Below are positions 18,797-28,796 of a DNA stretch of 64,000 nucleotides, piece by piece. The translations under genes and the position numbers were made by a program. The notes beneath the pieces were generated by a model. The model saw nothing but the letters and a program-made list of their open reading frames with translations. It did no database searches and was not told the DNA's origin. The first letter of the stretch is position 1. Every line of letters begins with the position of its first letter. This DNA comes from Patescibacteria group bacterium (lineage in GTDB: Bacteria; Patescibacteriota; Minisyncoccia; Phycocordibacterales; UBA918): assembly GCA_040386275.1 (NCBI GenBank), contig JAZKFU010000002.1, positions 16,858 through 80,857 of the forward strand. The letters are read 5' to 3'.

Positions 18797-19763
18797 CACA
18801 TACCAAAACCCAAACAAAGCTTAGGCTTTGTTTGGGTTTTGTTGTATGCGCGCGAAGATGTGAGATTCGAAGCCCGATTGAGATATTTTGGAGCGTAGCG
18901 AACATAAATATCCAATTGGGGTACTGATCATGTAAGGTTCGAATCTCACATCCTCCGCCCGTATAAAATACCGCCTGTAAGGGCGGTTATTTTATTGGGC
19001 GGAGGATGAGCGAGTGACTAATGTCACTCGCGGTGAGATTCGAAAGACGGAAGCATGTCGCTCTGCGACAGCTGAGTCGGGGTCGAGAGTACTTACTAGA
19101 ATCAGAGCGTAGCGAATGATTATAGTTAGTAACTCGTGACCGAATCTCACATCCTCCGCCCGCATAATCATCAATAAATTTGATATAATTAAAAACATGT
19201 CAATAGAAAAATTAAACCATAGCAGTCAAAATGAAAGTGACTTTGAGCAAAGAATGCAGGTTGAATACATCTCTCATATAATCGATAGTTTGATTAAAAT
19301 TGAAGTTTCAGTAACTGACCTCGAAGACAGGGATCATTTAAAAGATGTTCTGTCACAATCTCGATACGATTATGAGGAGATGCCTGAATCTCATATGGAT
19401 GAAAGTGAATTAGCGAAAGAAAAAGAGGCCTTACATGCGCTTGCTGAATTGGTGGGTAACCCTGAATTATCAAATGACCAAAGGGAAGAACTAATTAAGC
19501 AGAGACTTTCAAGCTGGTTCTAACATCGTCCCATAACGCCCGCAAATACCAAAACCCAAACAAAGCCTAAGCTTTGTTTGGGTTTTGTTGTATGTGCGCG
19601 AGGATGTGAGATTCGAAAGGCACAGGCATGTTTTTACTCTTCCTAAAGTAAAAACAGCGGGAGAAACAGTGTCTAAACACTGTTTCTCGGGTAGCGAACA
19701 CTTAGTAGAATCTGCACGCAGTGCAAGATTATACTTAGTGATTCGTGAACGAATCTCACATCC
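18796..19763 (+). repeat. three tandem tRNA-anchored modules B1-B3
   Basis: Inverted copies 18857-18871, 18999-19044 (split), 19600-19617; direct copies 18937-18958, 19141-19159, 19750-19763. Confidence 0.9.
19197..19523 (+). CDS. acidic hypothetical protein between modules B2 and B3
   Basis: 108-aa ORF, TGaTATAAT box 7 nt before ATG. Confidence 0.65.
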   Translation: MSIEKLNHSSQNESDFEQRMQVEYISHIIDSLIKIEVSVTDLEDRDHLKDVLSQSRYDYEEMPESHMDESELAKEKEALHALAELVGNPELSNDQREELIKQRLSSWF

Positions 19764-19830
19764 GTGTACCTCTATGATGCTTATGTTTTATTGACTACAA
19801 TTTTACCAATTAAATACATATATTAAGGTA

Positions 19831-20454
19831 TTAATGCGCCCAGGCCAGTAAACTAACCTCGGTTGTGCTGGGTAGGTGTGGCAACAGTACCTCACGAGCA
19901 GCCATGAGTGTACTGCCCGTTGTGCAGACGTCATCACAGAGAATAATGCGCTCATATTGAGAGAGCAGATGTATATATTTTGGAGTACAGCTAAAAGCCT
20001 GTTCAACATTTTTTTCACGCATGATCCGATTCAAAGATGTCTGGGGTTTTGTGTGTCTACTTCTGGTGAGGATGTGTGCATGAATGGTTGCATTGTAGTT
20101 GGAGGTTTTGATATAGGTAAGTACTCGCGCCACCTGATTAAAACCCCACTCTCGTTCTCGCTTCAGACTGAGTGGAATCGGAATAATAAGAGTTTTTTTC
20201 GTGGGTAAAGTTTTAAGATGGGTCGCAACAAGCACGCCTAATAATTTTGCTGCATAAAAATTATGTTCAAACTTGCACGCGGCTATTGCGGCCTGAATGG
20301 TGGGTATGTGGTAGGAAGATAAACAAGTAATTGAGTGGTGAGTGTGTGGCTGATAAAAATTTTCAAATCGTAATGGAGTAACCTGTCGTAATACACGTTC
20401 ATGAATCGTGGGTGGAAAAATAAAATCAAGAATTATTCGTAACGGGTATAGCAT
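19831..20454 (-). CDS. ComF family competence phosphoribosyltransferase-like protein
   Basis: IPIPLS..R..WGFNQ, QTSL...REKNV, ILCDDVCTTGST. Confidence 0.85.
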   Translation of the reverse strand: MLYPLRIILDFIFPPTIHERVLRQVTPLRFENFYQPHTHHSITCLSSYHIPTIQAAIAACKFEHNFYAAKLLGVLVATHLKTLPTKKTLIIPIPLSLKREREWGFNQVARVLTYIKTSNYNATIHAHILTRSRHTKPQTSLNRIMREKNVEQAFSCTPKYIHLLSQYERIILCDDVCTTGSTLMAAREVLLPHLPSTTEVSLLAWAH

Positions 20455-20496
20455 CTCTATAAGTATACGATAGGCATATGGTACAATTTTATTATT

Positions 20497-21588
20497 ATGG
20501 GTCTTTCCAATATTTTTTCGTCTATTAAAAAAACTGCTCAGGATCAATCAACTACCAAAGATAAAGTAATTGGTATCGACATTGGTTCCTCTTCAATAAA
20601 AATCGTTGAGTTGCAAAACCGTGATAACGTATTAACACTCACGACCTATGGAGAACTAGAACTCGGTCCTTATGCTGATGAAAATCCGGTTGGACAAGCA
20701 GTCGTGTTGCCACCAAATATTGAGCGACAAGCGCTTGTCGATATTCTTCGTGAGTCTGCCTCTAAAGCGCGGCAAGCCGTATTTGCTATGCCACTGGCAT
20801 CTAGTTTTGTAACAGTGATGTCGATGCAGGCGACCGCCGAAGAAGATATTTCTCCTCGAGTGCGGGTAGAGGCGCGAAAATACATTCCAATTCCTATTGG
20901 AGAAGTAACGTTAGATTGGGCAGAAGTAGATATAAGTACCAATGAAGGCGCGACAACGCGGGACGTATTATTGGCTGCGATTCAAAATGATGCCCTGGCG
21001 CGATTTAAGGGGTTAATGGATACGGTGGAATTTCGGAATACTCCCATTGAAATCGAATGTTTTAGTGTGATTCGCAGTGTCTGCTCAACGGATGAGGCTA
21101 ATTGCGCCATTATAGATGTTGGAGCAACGACCACCAAACTCTACATTGTGCGCGATGGGTTACTGCAACGAATGTATCGGGTACGAGCCGGAGGCTCATT
21201 ATTTACCGAAAAAATTTCCAAAGAAATGTCAATTTCTTTTACAGAGGCTGAAGTTAAAAAACGAACCGTACAGCAAAGTGATGAAGAGTTTCCTTCACTC
21301 TTGAAATTACACCAGCTTACCTACGAGCGAGTGTTCCGAGAATTTAAACAAGTAATTTCTGAGTACGAGAAAAAATTAAATGTACAAGTAGAAACAATCT
21401 ATGTCGTAGGGGGAGGGGCTCAGTTCGAAGGGTTTAACGGTTTTGCTTCTGCGTTGCTTGAAAAAAATATTCAAACACCGTTACCATTTAACAAAGTTGC
21501 CTATCCGGCCTTTATGGAAGACACCATGAATACTATTGGCTCGACCTTTGCAGTTGCCTTGGGGGCAGCTATCCGTTCGTTTGAATAA
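20497..21588 (+). CDS. pilM: type IV pilus assembly protein PilM
   Basis: IGIDIGSSSIKIVEL, EARKYIP, IIDVGA, VGGGA. Confidence 0.9.
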   Translation: MGLSNIFSSIKKTAQDQSTTKDKVIGIDIGSSSIKIVELQNRDNVLTLTTYGELELGPYADENPVGQAVVLPPNIERQALVDILRESASKARQAVFAMPLASSFVTVMSMQATAEEDISPRVRVEARKYIPIPIGEVTLDWAEVDISTNEGATTRDVLLAAIQNDALARFKGLMDTVEFRNTPIEIECFSVIRSVCSTDEANCAIIDVGATTTKLYIVRDGLLQRMYRVRAGGSLFTEKISKEMSISFTEAEVKKRTVQQSDEEFPSLLKLHQLTYERVFREFKQVISEYEKKLNVQVETIYVVGGGAQFEGFNGFASALLEKNIQTPLPFNKVAYPAFMEDTMNTIGSTFAVALGAAIRSFE

Positions 21589-21642
21589 TTCTGTCCACAG
21601 TAACGCATCACATTTAATTCGTGAATACCATATAATACGAGC

Positions 21643-22353
21643 ATGCCCGAGTCACCATCTAGTTCTTTTATTCCTAAGCGCGGTCCTGGCAAAAAGCCAT
21701 CATCAGCCCGCCCTGGTAATTTTGTATTATTCTCTGTTTTAAGTTACGCCTTGTTTGTCTCTGCACCACTAGCTTCAGCTGCAGTTTTTATTTACGAGCG
21801 ACACACCGAAAATCAATTTAATAAAGCAGTAGTCGCGCTTGATCAAGCTATCATTAGTTTTAACGAAGAAGACCTAAGACGAGTCACTGAATTTAACGAA
21901 CGCCTTGCTACTAGTAAATTACTGCTGGAGTCACACGCTTCAATAGTGTCGTTACTACAAACGATTGAAAATTCAACAGCCCAAACTGTAAAATTCAAGA
22001 GTATTGATATTACTCGAGCCAGCAAATCAACACTTACGGTAAATGGCTTTCTGACAACACCTAGCTTTGATGGTGCTCTTTTCCAACGATCAAGTTATGG
22101 TGCGACAGATATCATTAATAATCCATTGTTTACTGACGTAAAATTAATGAAAGTAACTGCCGAAGACCCAGCAGCAACAGTATCGGAAGAAAAAAATGTT
22201 GAATTAAAAGTGTCCTTCGACTTTGCGGTAAGTGATGTGTTGTATAAACCATTTGTAGGGGAGACTACATTTGATCAATCAATTAATGCAAGCGATGAAA
22301 CAGCATTCCCGACTGAAGATATTAGTACTTCTGCTAACGAAACTACACTATGA
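21643..22353 (+). CDS. PilN-like pilus alignment protein
   Basis: Single TM plus coiled coil; position after pilM. Confidence 0.55.
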   Translation: MPESPSSSFIPKRGPGKKPSSARPGNFVLFSVLSYALFVSAPLASAAVFIYERHTENQFNKAVVALDQAIISFNEEDLRRVTEFNERLATSKLLLESHASIVSLLQTIENSTAQTVKFKSIDITRASKSTLTVNGFLTTPSFDGALFQRSSYGATDIINNPLFTDVKLMKVTAEDPAATVSEEKNVELKVSFDFAVSDVLYKPFVGETTFDQSINASDETAFPTEDISTSANETTL

Positions 22354-22925
22354 ACAAATTTTCTTTCCTAACTCAAATAGGGATGGTGGCAATCGCAGTC
22401 ACGATTGTCTTGATGTATATTCAACCAAAAATTACTTCAATCCGGGAAATTCAAGATTTAACGGCTAACTACGAAGTAGAAACACAAAATGTTTCGCAAG
22501 TTAATGAAAATCTAAAAAGTAAAATTGCTGCTATCGAGTCAATCAGCCCTCAAGATGCTCAAGCGCTAGCACGTTTTATGCCTGATCAGGTAGATGACAT
22601 TGCGGTGCTTAAAGACCTATCACTTATTTTAGAGTCACAATCAGTACAAGGATATGACATTGCCTACAAAGGCAATACAGCCAATCTCCAAGCAACAGAA
22701 GAAACGCCTAACGAATATAACTCAGCGGTAGAATACTTTTTTGAAGCTACATTTGAATCTACGTACGAACAATTAAAAAACATCCTCACACTGATTGAAA
22801 CTAATGATTATATGCTTCAGGTTTCTAATCTTAAAGTTTCAGAAGGGACTGAAGATAACCTCGCTGTTGAATTGAGCCTTACTTCTTATGCCCGTGCCTC
22901 AACCACTGTAGCGGTAGCCCCATAA
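22350..22925 (+). CDS. PilO-like pilus alignment protein
   Basis: TM, coiled coil, STYEQLKNILTLIE pattern; synteny. Confidence 0.65.
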   Translation: MNKFSFLTQIGMVAIAVTIVLMYIQPKITSIREIQDLTANYEVETQNVSQVNENLKSKIAAIESISPQDAQALARFMPDQVDDIAVLKDLSLILESQSVQGYDIAYKGNTANLQATEETPNEYNSAVEYFFEATFESTYEQLKNILTLIETNDYMLQVSNLKVSEGTEDNLAVELSLTSYARASTTVAVAP

Positions 22926-22936
22926 TATCGAAATAT

Positions 22937-23278
22937 ATGTCTGAATCATTAAAAAATATTTTAGTTGGAATCATTTGTGTTGTTCTATTTGGGTTTGCAT
23001 ATTTCTTTTTTACGGGAAGTGATCCTGAGGATGGTTTTAGTACCCAAAGTGCTGATGAGCAAGCTGCCTTGGTAGCAAAAACGCAAAGTTTTATTGAACG
23101 CAGTCGTGTATTAGAAGCTATCAGTATCGATGCCGGTTTTTTCACCAATAGTGTCTTTACCAGTTTGCGTAGTTTCTCAACGGAAGTACCTAATCAACCG
23201 CTCGGAAAAAATAATATTTTTGATACGGCTCAAAATGTAACAGCTGTAGCAACAGAAGCCGAAGAAGACGCAGAATAA
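22937..23278 (+). CDS. membrane-anchored pilus-locus protein
   Basis: N-terminal TM, C-terminal GKNNIF; synteny. Confidence 0.55.
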   Translation: MSESLKNILVGIICVVLFGFAYFFFTGSDPEDGFSTQSADEQAALVAKTQSFIERSRVLEAISIDAGFFTNSVFTSLRSFSTEVPNQPLGKNNIFDTAQNVTAVATEAEEDAE

Positions 23279-23286
23279 TTTTTTGT

Positions 23287-25122
23287 ATGAGTATTATACT
23301 CTTATTACAAGAACGAGGTTTAATCTCGGAAGAAATTTTAGCCCAAGTTAATCAAAAAATTTCTGAAGAAGGGCAAACCATTGAAGACGCAATCCTGAAA
23401 TCTGGCATCGAACCAGCGCTGTTAAAAACTATTTCGGCTGAATACTATCAAGTGCCAGCCTTTGATTTAATTGAAGGGTTTGAAATAAAATCTGAAGTTT
23501 TGTCGTATATTCCTGAAGATTCTGCTTTTCACTACCATATAGTCCCTCTGCAGGTACTTGATGATGTATTGGTGGTGGGTGTAAATGACCCTGATAACTT
23601 GCAGGTGCGAGAAGCTCTAAACTTCATTAGTGCAAAACACAATATCCCCTACAAGATGGTATTTTTGTTGATGGCAGAAATTGAGAAAGCCCAAGAGTTT
23701 TACTCTAACCTAAAAGGTGAAGTAACTGACGCGTTGGTAACGCTTGAAACAGAGCTCGATACAGAAATTGCTAAAAATAGTGCAGAAGGTGAAGACGGCC
23801 AAGAGGCAAACTTTGAACATATTAAAGAGGATGCGCCAGTTACTAAAATCGTTGCTACAATCTTGCGGTACGCCGTTGATGGGAAAGCGTCTGATATTCA
23901 CATAGAGCCAAATGAAAAAAAGGTAATTGTACGGTTTCGAGTAGACGGTGTTTTGGCTACGAGTTTAGAGTTGCCCAAAGGAGTGCAGATGGCAGTAGCT
24001 GCTCGTATCAAAATCCTCACGTCCATGCGACTTGATGAACGACGCAAACCTCAAGATGGACGTTTCTCGGCTACCTTTGATGGTCGTAAAATCGATTTTC
24101 GTGTGTCTATTTTACCAACCAGTCATGGTGAAAAGGTGGTAATGCGTATTTTGGATAATGAAAAAGGCGTCCGTACCCTAGAAGATGTGGGAGTAACCGG
24201 ACATTTGCTTGAATCTATTAAACGTATGTTAACCGAGCCCTACGGAATTATCCTTATTTCAGGGCCTACTGGTTCTGGAAAGTCCACCACTTTGTACGCT
24301 ATGTTGTCGGCGCTTGATAAAACTTCCAAAAATGTTCTCTCGCTTGAAGATCCTGTTGAGTACGATATTGCCGGGGTGAGTCAGTCCCAAATGCGTCCAG
24401 AAATTGGGTACACCTTTGCTGCCGGACTACGCGCCGCTTTGCGTCAGGACCCTGACATCATTATGGTGGGGGAAATCCGAGATAAGGAAACAGCGCAATT
24501 AGCTATCCAAGCAGCGCTTACCGGGCACTTAGTGTTATCTACTATTCACACCAACAATGCGATTGGCGTAATTCCTCGCTTGATTGATATGGGTGTAGAC
24601 CCGTATTTGATTGCTCCGACGTTAAAATTGGCTATTGCGCAACGGTTGGCGCGTAAAGTGAAAGAGGGCACTGGGTTAGAAGAACCGGTTGGCATTAGTA
24701 TGAAGTACATGATGGATGATACCTTTAAGTCACTGCCTGAAAAATTCAGTGCTCGTATTCCTACAGGCAAGAGTATTGTGCACCCACAACCAAGCCCAGG
24801 TTGCGCTACAGGTATGCGCGGACGGATGGCGATTATGGAAGTGCTTGAAGTTAATGAGGCAATTCAAGAAATGATTCTAAAAAGTTCTTCGGAAGAGGAA
24901 ATTTACAATGAAGCCCGAAAACATGGATTTATGACCATGAAGGAGGATGCTATTATAAAAGCCCTTGAACACAAAATTCCCTACGAGGAAATGAATATTT
25001 TTGGTACTAAAATCGGGATTGATGAAGAATTAATAGAAGGGGCAAGCGAAGCTGTCGATAAACCCACCGTTCCTTCTAATACTAGCGCTATAATAAGTAG
25101 TAATGAAAATACTTCTAGTTGA
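23287..25122 (+). CDS. pilB: type IV pilus assembly ATPase (PilB/GspE family)
   Basis: ASDIHIEP, PQDGRF, GPTGSGKSTT, EDPVEY, LRQDPD, TGHLVLSTIHTN. Confidence 0.92.
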   Translation: MSIILLLQERGLISEEILAQVNQKISEEGQTIEDAILKSGIEPALLKTISAEYYQVPAFDLIEGFEIKSEVLSYIPEDSAFHYHIVPLQVLDDVLVVGVNDPDNLQVREALNFISAKHNIPYKMVFLLMAEIEKAQEFYSNLKGEVTDALVTLETELDTEIAKNSAEGEDGQEANFEHIKEDAPVTKIVATILRYAVDGKASDIHIEPNEKKVIVRFRVDGVLATSLELPKGVQMAVAARIKILTSMRLDERRKPQDGRFSATFDGRKIDFRVSILPTSHGEKVVMRILDNEKGVRTLEDVGVTGHLLESIKRMLTEPYGIILISGPTGSGKSTTLYAMLSALDKTSKNVLSLEDPVEYDIAGVSQSQMRPEIGYTFAAGLRAALRQDPDIIMVGEIRDKETAQLAIQAALTGHLVLSTIHTNNAIGVIPRLIDMGVDPYLIAPTLKLAIAQRLARKVKEGTGLEEPVGISMKYMMDDTFKSLPEKFSARIPTGKSIVHPQPSPGCATGMRGRMAIMEVLEVNEAIQEMILKSSSEEEIYNEARKHGFMTMKEDAIIKALEHKIPYEEMNIFGTKIGIDEELIEGASEAVDKPTVPSNTSAIISSNENTSS

Positions 25123-25471
25123 TGACGACACTTTTTTACGAGATATGTATGCCACTAAATTTATTGAATGTGGTCATGATGTCACGCCGGCTATTCATGC
25201 GAGCGATGCATTGCGAATTCTCGAGTCAGTGCAAGATTTTGATTTGATGTTGGTAGATATGATTATGCCTGGGATGACGGGTGTAGAGTTGCTCACTGAA
25301 TTAAAAGCTACCATGCCTGATTTAAAAATGAAAAAAATTGTTCTTTCTAATCAAGGACAAGACCAAGATATAGAAGAGGCAAATGATGCCGGAGCAATTG
25401 GATATATTATTAAAGCCCAGTCAGTCCCGAGTGAGGTGGTAAAAAAGGTAGAAGAAATAATGAAAAAATAA
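25103..25471 (+). CDS. single-domain response regulator
   Basis: ILLVDDD, DMIMPGMTG, LSN, YIIK. Confidence 0.9.
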   Translation: MKILLVDDDTFLRDMYATKFIECGHDVTPAIHASDALRILESVQDFDLMLVDMIMPGMTGVELLTELKATMPDLKMKKIVLSNQGQDQDIEEANDAGAIGYIIKAQSVPSEVVKKVEEIMKK

Positions 25472-25472
25472 T

Positions 25473-26540
25473 ATGGCCGTAGATTACAAAAAAGAATTAC
25501 AACTGCTTATCCAAACCGTTATTACTGAACGGGCGTCGGATCTTCATATTGCGGTAGATAATCATCCTACGTTACGGGTTAACTCTTCACTCATTCCGTT
25601 GGTTCGAAAACCCATACTGACTGATACTGATGTTTCAAGTTTTGCGCAAGCCATGATGCGTCCTGAGTTTTTTGATCGACTTAAAAAACGAGACGAGGTA
25701 GACTTTTCGTATGAAAACGAAGACGGTGTGCGTTTTCGAGGCAATGCATTCTTCCAAAAAGGACGTCTCGCCATTGCACTTCGTCTCATTCCGAATGTTA
25801 TTTTAACGCTCGAAGAACTTAACCTTCCACCAATTCTTGAAAGCTTCACCGAAAAACCCCAAGGTTTCTTTTTGTGTGTAGGTCCAGTAGGGCAAGGTAA
25901 GTCAACTACGTTGGCAGCGATGGTTAATCGTATCAATCAAAAACGAGCAGATCATATTGTAACCATCGAGGATCCAATTGAATATATCTACACACCCCAA
26001 AAAGCCATGATTGATCAACGTGAAGTGGGTATTGATACTGCCAGTTACGAAACAGCTCTTAACGCGGTGTTTCGACAGGATGTGGACGTTATTTTGGTTG
26101 GAGAAATGCGTAATCCTGAAACAATTGCGATGGCGGTAACCGCCGCGGAAACAGGGCACGTCGTGTATTCAACGCTACACACAAACGACGCTACTCAAAC
26201 TATTAACCGTATTATTGACTCGTTTCCGGGAAGTCAACAAGATCAGATTCGAGTACAACTTTCTGCGTCCTTAATGGGAGTATTCTCACAGCGATTGATT
26301 CCCCGGATTTCTGGAGGATTGGTACCTGCCTATGAGTTGCTCGTAAATAACGCGGCGGTTTCTAACTTGATTCGCGAAAAACGAACTCATGAAATTTATT
26401 CAGTGATTGAAACTGGTCTTGAGCAGGGAATGATTGATATGAATCGTTCTTTAGCCCAACTAGTTCAGCAGGGAGATATTACGGTTGAAAACGCTTTTCG
26501 CTACGCCATTAATCCTAAAGGTCTGGAACGGCTTATTTAA
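25473..26540 (+). CDS. pilT: type IV pilus retraction ATPase
   Basis: ASDLHI, GPVGQGKSTT, EDPIEY, AETGHVVYSTLHTN, NLIRE. Confidence 0.93.
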   Translation: MAVDYKKELQLLIQTVITERASDLHIAVDNHPTLRVNSSLIPLVRKPILTDTDVSSFAQAMMRPEFFDRLKKRDEVDFSYENEDGVRFRGNAFFQKGRLAIALRLIPNVILTLEELNLPPILESFTEKPQGFFLCVGPVGQGKSTTLAAMVNRINQKRADHIVTIEDPIEYIYTPQKAMIDQREVGIDTASYETALNAVFRQDVDVILVGEMRNPETIAMAVTAAETGHVVYSTLHTNDATQTINRIIDSFPGSQQDQIRVQLSASLMGVFSQRLIPRISGGLVPAYELLVNNAAVSNLIREKRTHEIYSVIETGLEQGMIDMNRSLAQLVQQGDITVENAFRYAINPKGLERLI

Positions 26541-26545
26541 GTATC

Positions 26546-27754
26546 ATGTTATATAACTACGTCGCTATTGATAATGTTAATGCTCAACGAGAAGGTACCG
26601 TTGATGCCGGTACTATTGACGCCGCTATTGCGGCGGTGCAAAAACGTGGCTACACCGTTATCTCTATTGATCCGGTAGTTGAAAAAAAGAGTCTCTTTAA
26701 TATTGAATTTAACCTTTTTCAAGGAGTATCAAACAAAGAGATTGTAATTTTATCCCGCCAGATTGCTACGTTGTTTCAAGCCCACGTGTCACCGCTTCGT
26801 ATTTTTCGATTACTTTCAGCTGAAATTGAAAATGCGTATCTGCAAAATATCTTAAACAAGGTAGTGGAGGAGCTTCAGGGAGGAAGTTCAATTGCGCGTG
26901 CGCTCTCTTCACACCCACAGGTGTTCTCATCATTTTACGTTAACCTGGTACGTGCGGGTGAAGAATCAGGGTCGCTTGAAAAATCATTTACCTACCTAGC
27001 TGATTATCTTGATCGTTCATACGAAGTAACGTCAAAAGCAAAAAATGCTCTTGTGTACCCAGCATTTGTTATTACCATCTTCTTTTTAGTGATGGCTTTA
27101 ATGCTTACGATGGTAATTCCAAACGTAGCTAAGATTTTGATTGAATCAGGTGGTGAGTTGCCGATTTACACCAAGATTGTAATTGGCCTGTCTGGCTTTA
27201 TGGTGAACTACATCGGCTTTATCCTGGTGCTATTGTCAGCAGCAATTATTGGTATATGGAAATTTATAAAAACCCCCGTTGGAAAGCGTGCGTATGATGA
27301 ATTGATGATAGCGATTCCATACATGGGTAACTTACAACGCAAACTGATATTGATGCGTTTTTGTGACAACCTCTCAACTATGCTCACGAGTGGTATCTCC
27401 ATTGTGCAGGCGCTTGAAGTGACTGCCGATGTAGTGGGCAACACCGTGTATAAAGAAATTATTTTGTCTGCCGTGTCTGATGTAAAAGCGGGACGTTCGT
27501 TTGCCGACGCCATCTCAGAGTATCCAGAAATTCCCGGTGTATTGTCACAGATGATTAAAGTGGGTGAAGAAACGGGAAGTCTTGGAGATATTGTCGGTAC
27601 GCTCGCTGTATTTTATCGTCGTGAAGTAAATGATGCGGTAGATACACTGATTGGATTAATTGAACCAGCGATGATTGTATTGCTTGGACTTGGGGTGGGG
27701 ACTTTGTTGGCTTCGGTGCTTATGCCGATCTACAACATAACTAGCAATTTTTAG
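26546..27754 (+). CDS. pilC: type IV pilus platform protein (PilC/GspF)
   Basis: AGEESGSL, ALVYP, VGEETGSL, IEPAMI. Confidence 0.92.
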   Translation: MLYNYVAIDNVNAQREGTVDAGTIDAAIAAVQKRGYTVISIDPVVEKKSLFNIEFNLFQGVSNKEIVILSRQIATLFQAHVSPLRIFRLLSAEIENAYLQNILNKVVEELQGGSSIARALSSHPQVFSSFYVNLVRAGEESGSLEKSFTYLADYLDRSYEVTSKAKNALVYPAFVITIFFLVMALMLTMVIPNVAKILIESGGELPIYTKIVIGLSGFMVNYIGFILVLLSAAIIGIWKFIKTPVGKRAYDELMIAIPYMGNLQRKLILMRFCDNLSTMLTSGISIVQALEVTADVVGNTVYKEIILSAVSDVKAGRSFADAISEYPEIPGVLSQMIKVGEETGSLGDIVGTLAVFYRREVNDAVDTLIGLIEPAMIVLLGLGVGTLLASVLMPIYNITSNF

Positions 27755-27925
27755 CCGAACCGCAAAAATAGTCATTAGCTTTGTTGTTTTCGATAAATTA
27801 AATTTCACCGTACAAGAAGTACGGCTCAAATTAATTTACCCCAACGCCTCGCTACTGCTCTATTTTAGCGATTCTCTGGAGTTAAGCCTTAGCACTGCTC
27901 ACGCTTCGACGCCTTGTACCTGGGA
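27755..27925. repeat. REP-like palindromic intergenic element, copy 1
   Basis: ttcaccgtac-aagaa-gtacggctca hairpin plus cgctactgc and cgccttgta shared with 57990-58095. Confidence 0.6.
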
Positions 27926-28217
27926 GCTTTTAACAACAAAATTACCCTCACCGTGCTACTTCACTATTAGATAGTTTAATAGTAAGCATTTTTTACTTCT
28001 CTTAAGTTGAGAACTTACAGCAAAAAAAATTTAAAGTATTAAGTTGACTCATTTTTAAGTGATAACGTAGCGAGTTGTCCACACTAGGGGGAATTCCTTA
28101 GCAAATACCTCGTATAATAAAGTGAGTCTCGTACAACGTAGACTGTTGATGGTTTGATTGAGACAGAAAGCTTATGTCTGAATCTAATCATTACTTATTA
28201 AAATATAAACTAAACTC

Positions 28218-28688
28218 ATGTTTAAACGAACTCTAGAACGAGGTTTTACCCTCATCGAACTCCTCGTCGTAATCGCCATTATCGGTATCTTGGCAGCCAC
28301 TGTGCTTGCTAGTCTCGGTAGTGCCCGTAGTGGTGGTGCTGACGCTTCTATCAAAGGAAGTATCAACAGTGCTAAAGCGCAAGCAGAAATCTTTTACACT
28401 GGTGGTAACACCTACGATGGAGTATGTGCTGCAGCTGCTTCAGCTAACGGCTTGACTGGTCTTCGAACTGCAGTTGACAACAACATCAACACTGCAGCAC
28501 TTGTAGCACCAGATGGAGCTCTCCAAACTGCCGCTTCAATTAACTGTAACGATACAGCAGCTGGTTGGGCACTCTCTTCACCAATGAACATTACAACTGG
28601 TGGAGCCTACTTCTGTGCTGATAGTACAGGGTACAGTGGACAACAAGCTACACCACTAGGAGCAAGTCCTGACATTACTTGTAGTTAA
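28218..28688 (+). CDS. type IV pilin (likely major)
   Basis: [20 protein letters not shown] prepilin motif; own promoter region and terminator. Confidence 0.9.
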   Translation: MFKRTLERGFTLIELLVVIAIIGILAATVLASLGSARSGGADASIKGSINSAKAQAEIFYTGGNTYDGVCAAAASANGLTGLRTAVDNNINTAALVAPDGALQTAASINCNDTAAGWALSSPMNITTGGAYFCADSTGYSGQQATPLGASPDITCS

Positions 28689-28703
28689 TCTATAGGTAGG
28701 ATT

Positions 28704-28731
28704 AAAAAAACGCCCTTCGGGGCGTTTTTTT
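28704..28731 (+). terminator. intrinsic terminator after pilin
   Basis: aaaaaaacgccc-ttcg-gggcgttttttt. Confidence 0.85.
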
Positions 28732-28796
28732 ATGGGTTACCGGTGTAATGATAAATACCACAGTGCTTTGAAAGTAGGTGTTATACTAAATCAATT

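Noticed and set aside
18776-19763. CRISPR array interpretation of the repeated gaatctcacatcc units
   Set aside because: Repeats alternate in orientation, derive from the tRNA, have irregular structured spacers of 65 nt or more, and no cas genes are present.
18639-19794. Short ORFs 18639-18905, 18724-18927, 18992-19198 and 19585-19794
   Set aside because: They overlap the tRNA and palindromic modules; shared peptide words such as EDVRFE merely reflect the DNA repeat.
21591-28083. DnaA-box-like ctgtccaca (21591) and ttgtccaca (28075) as a replication origin
   Set aside because: Isolated, mismatched copies with no cluster and no dnaA nearby.
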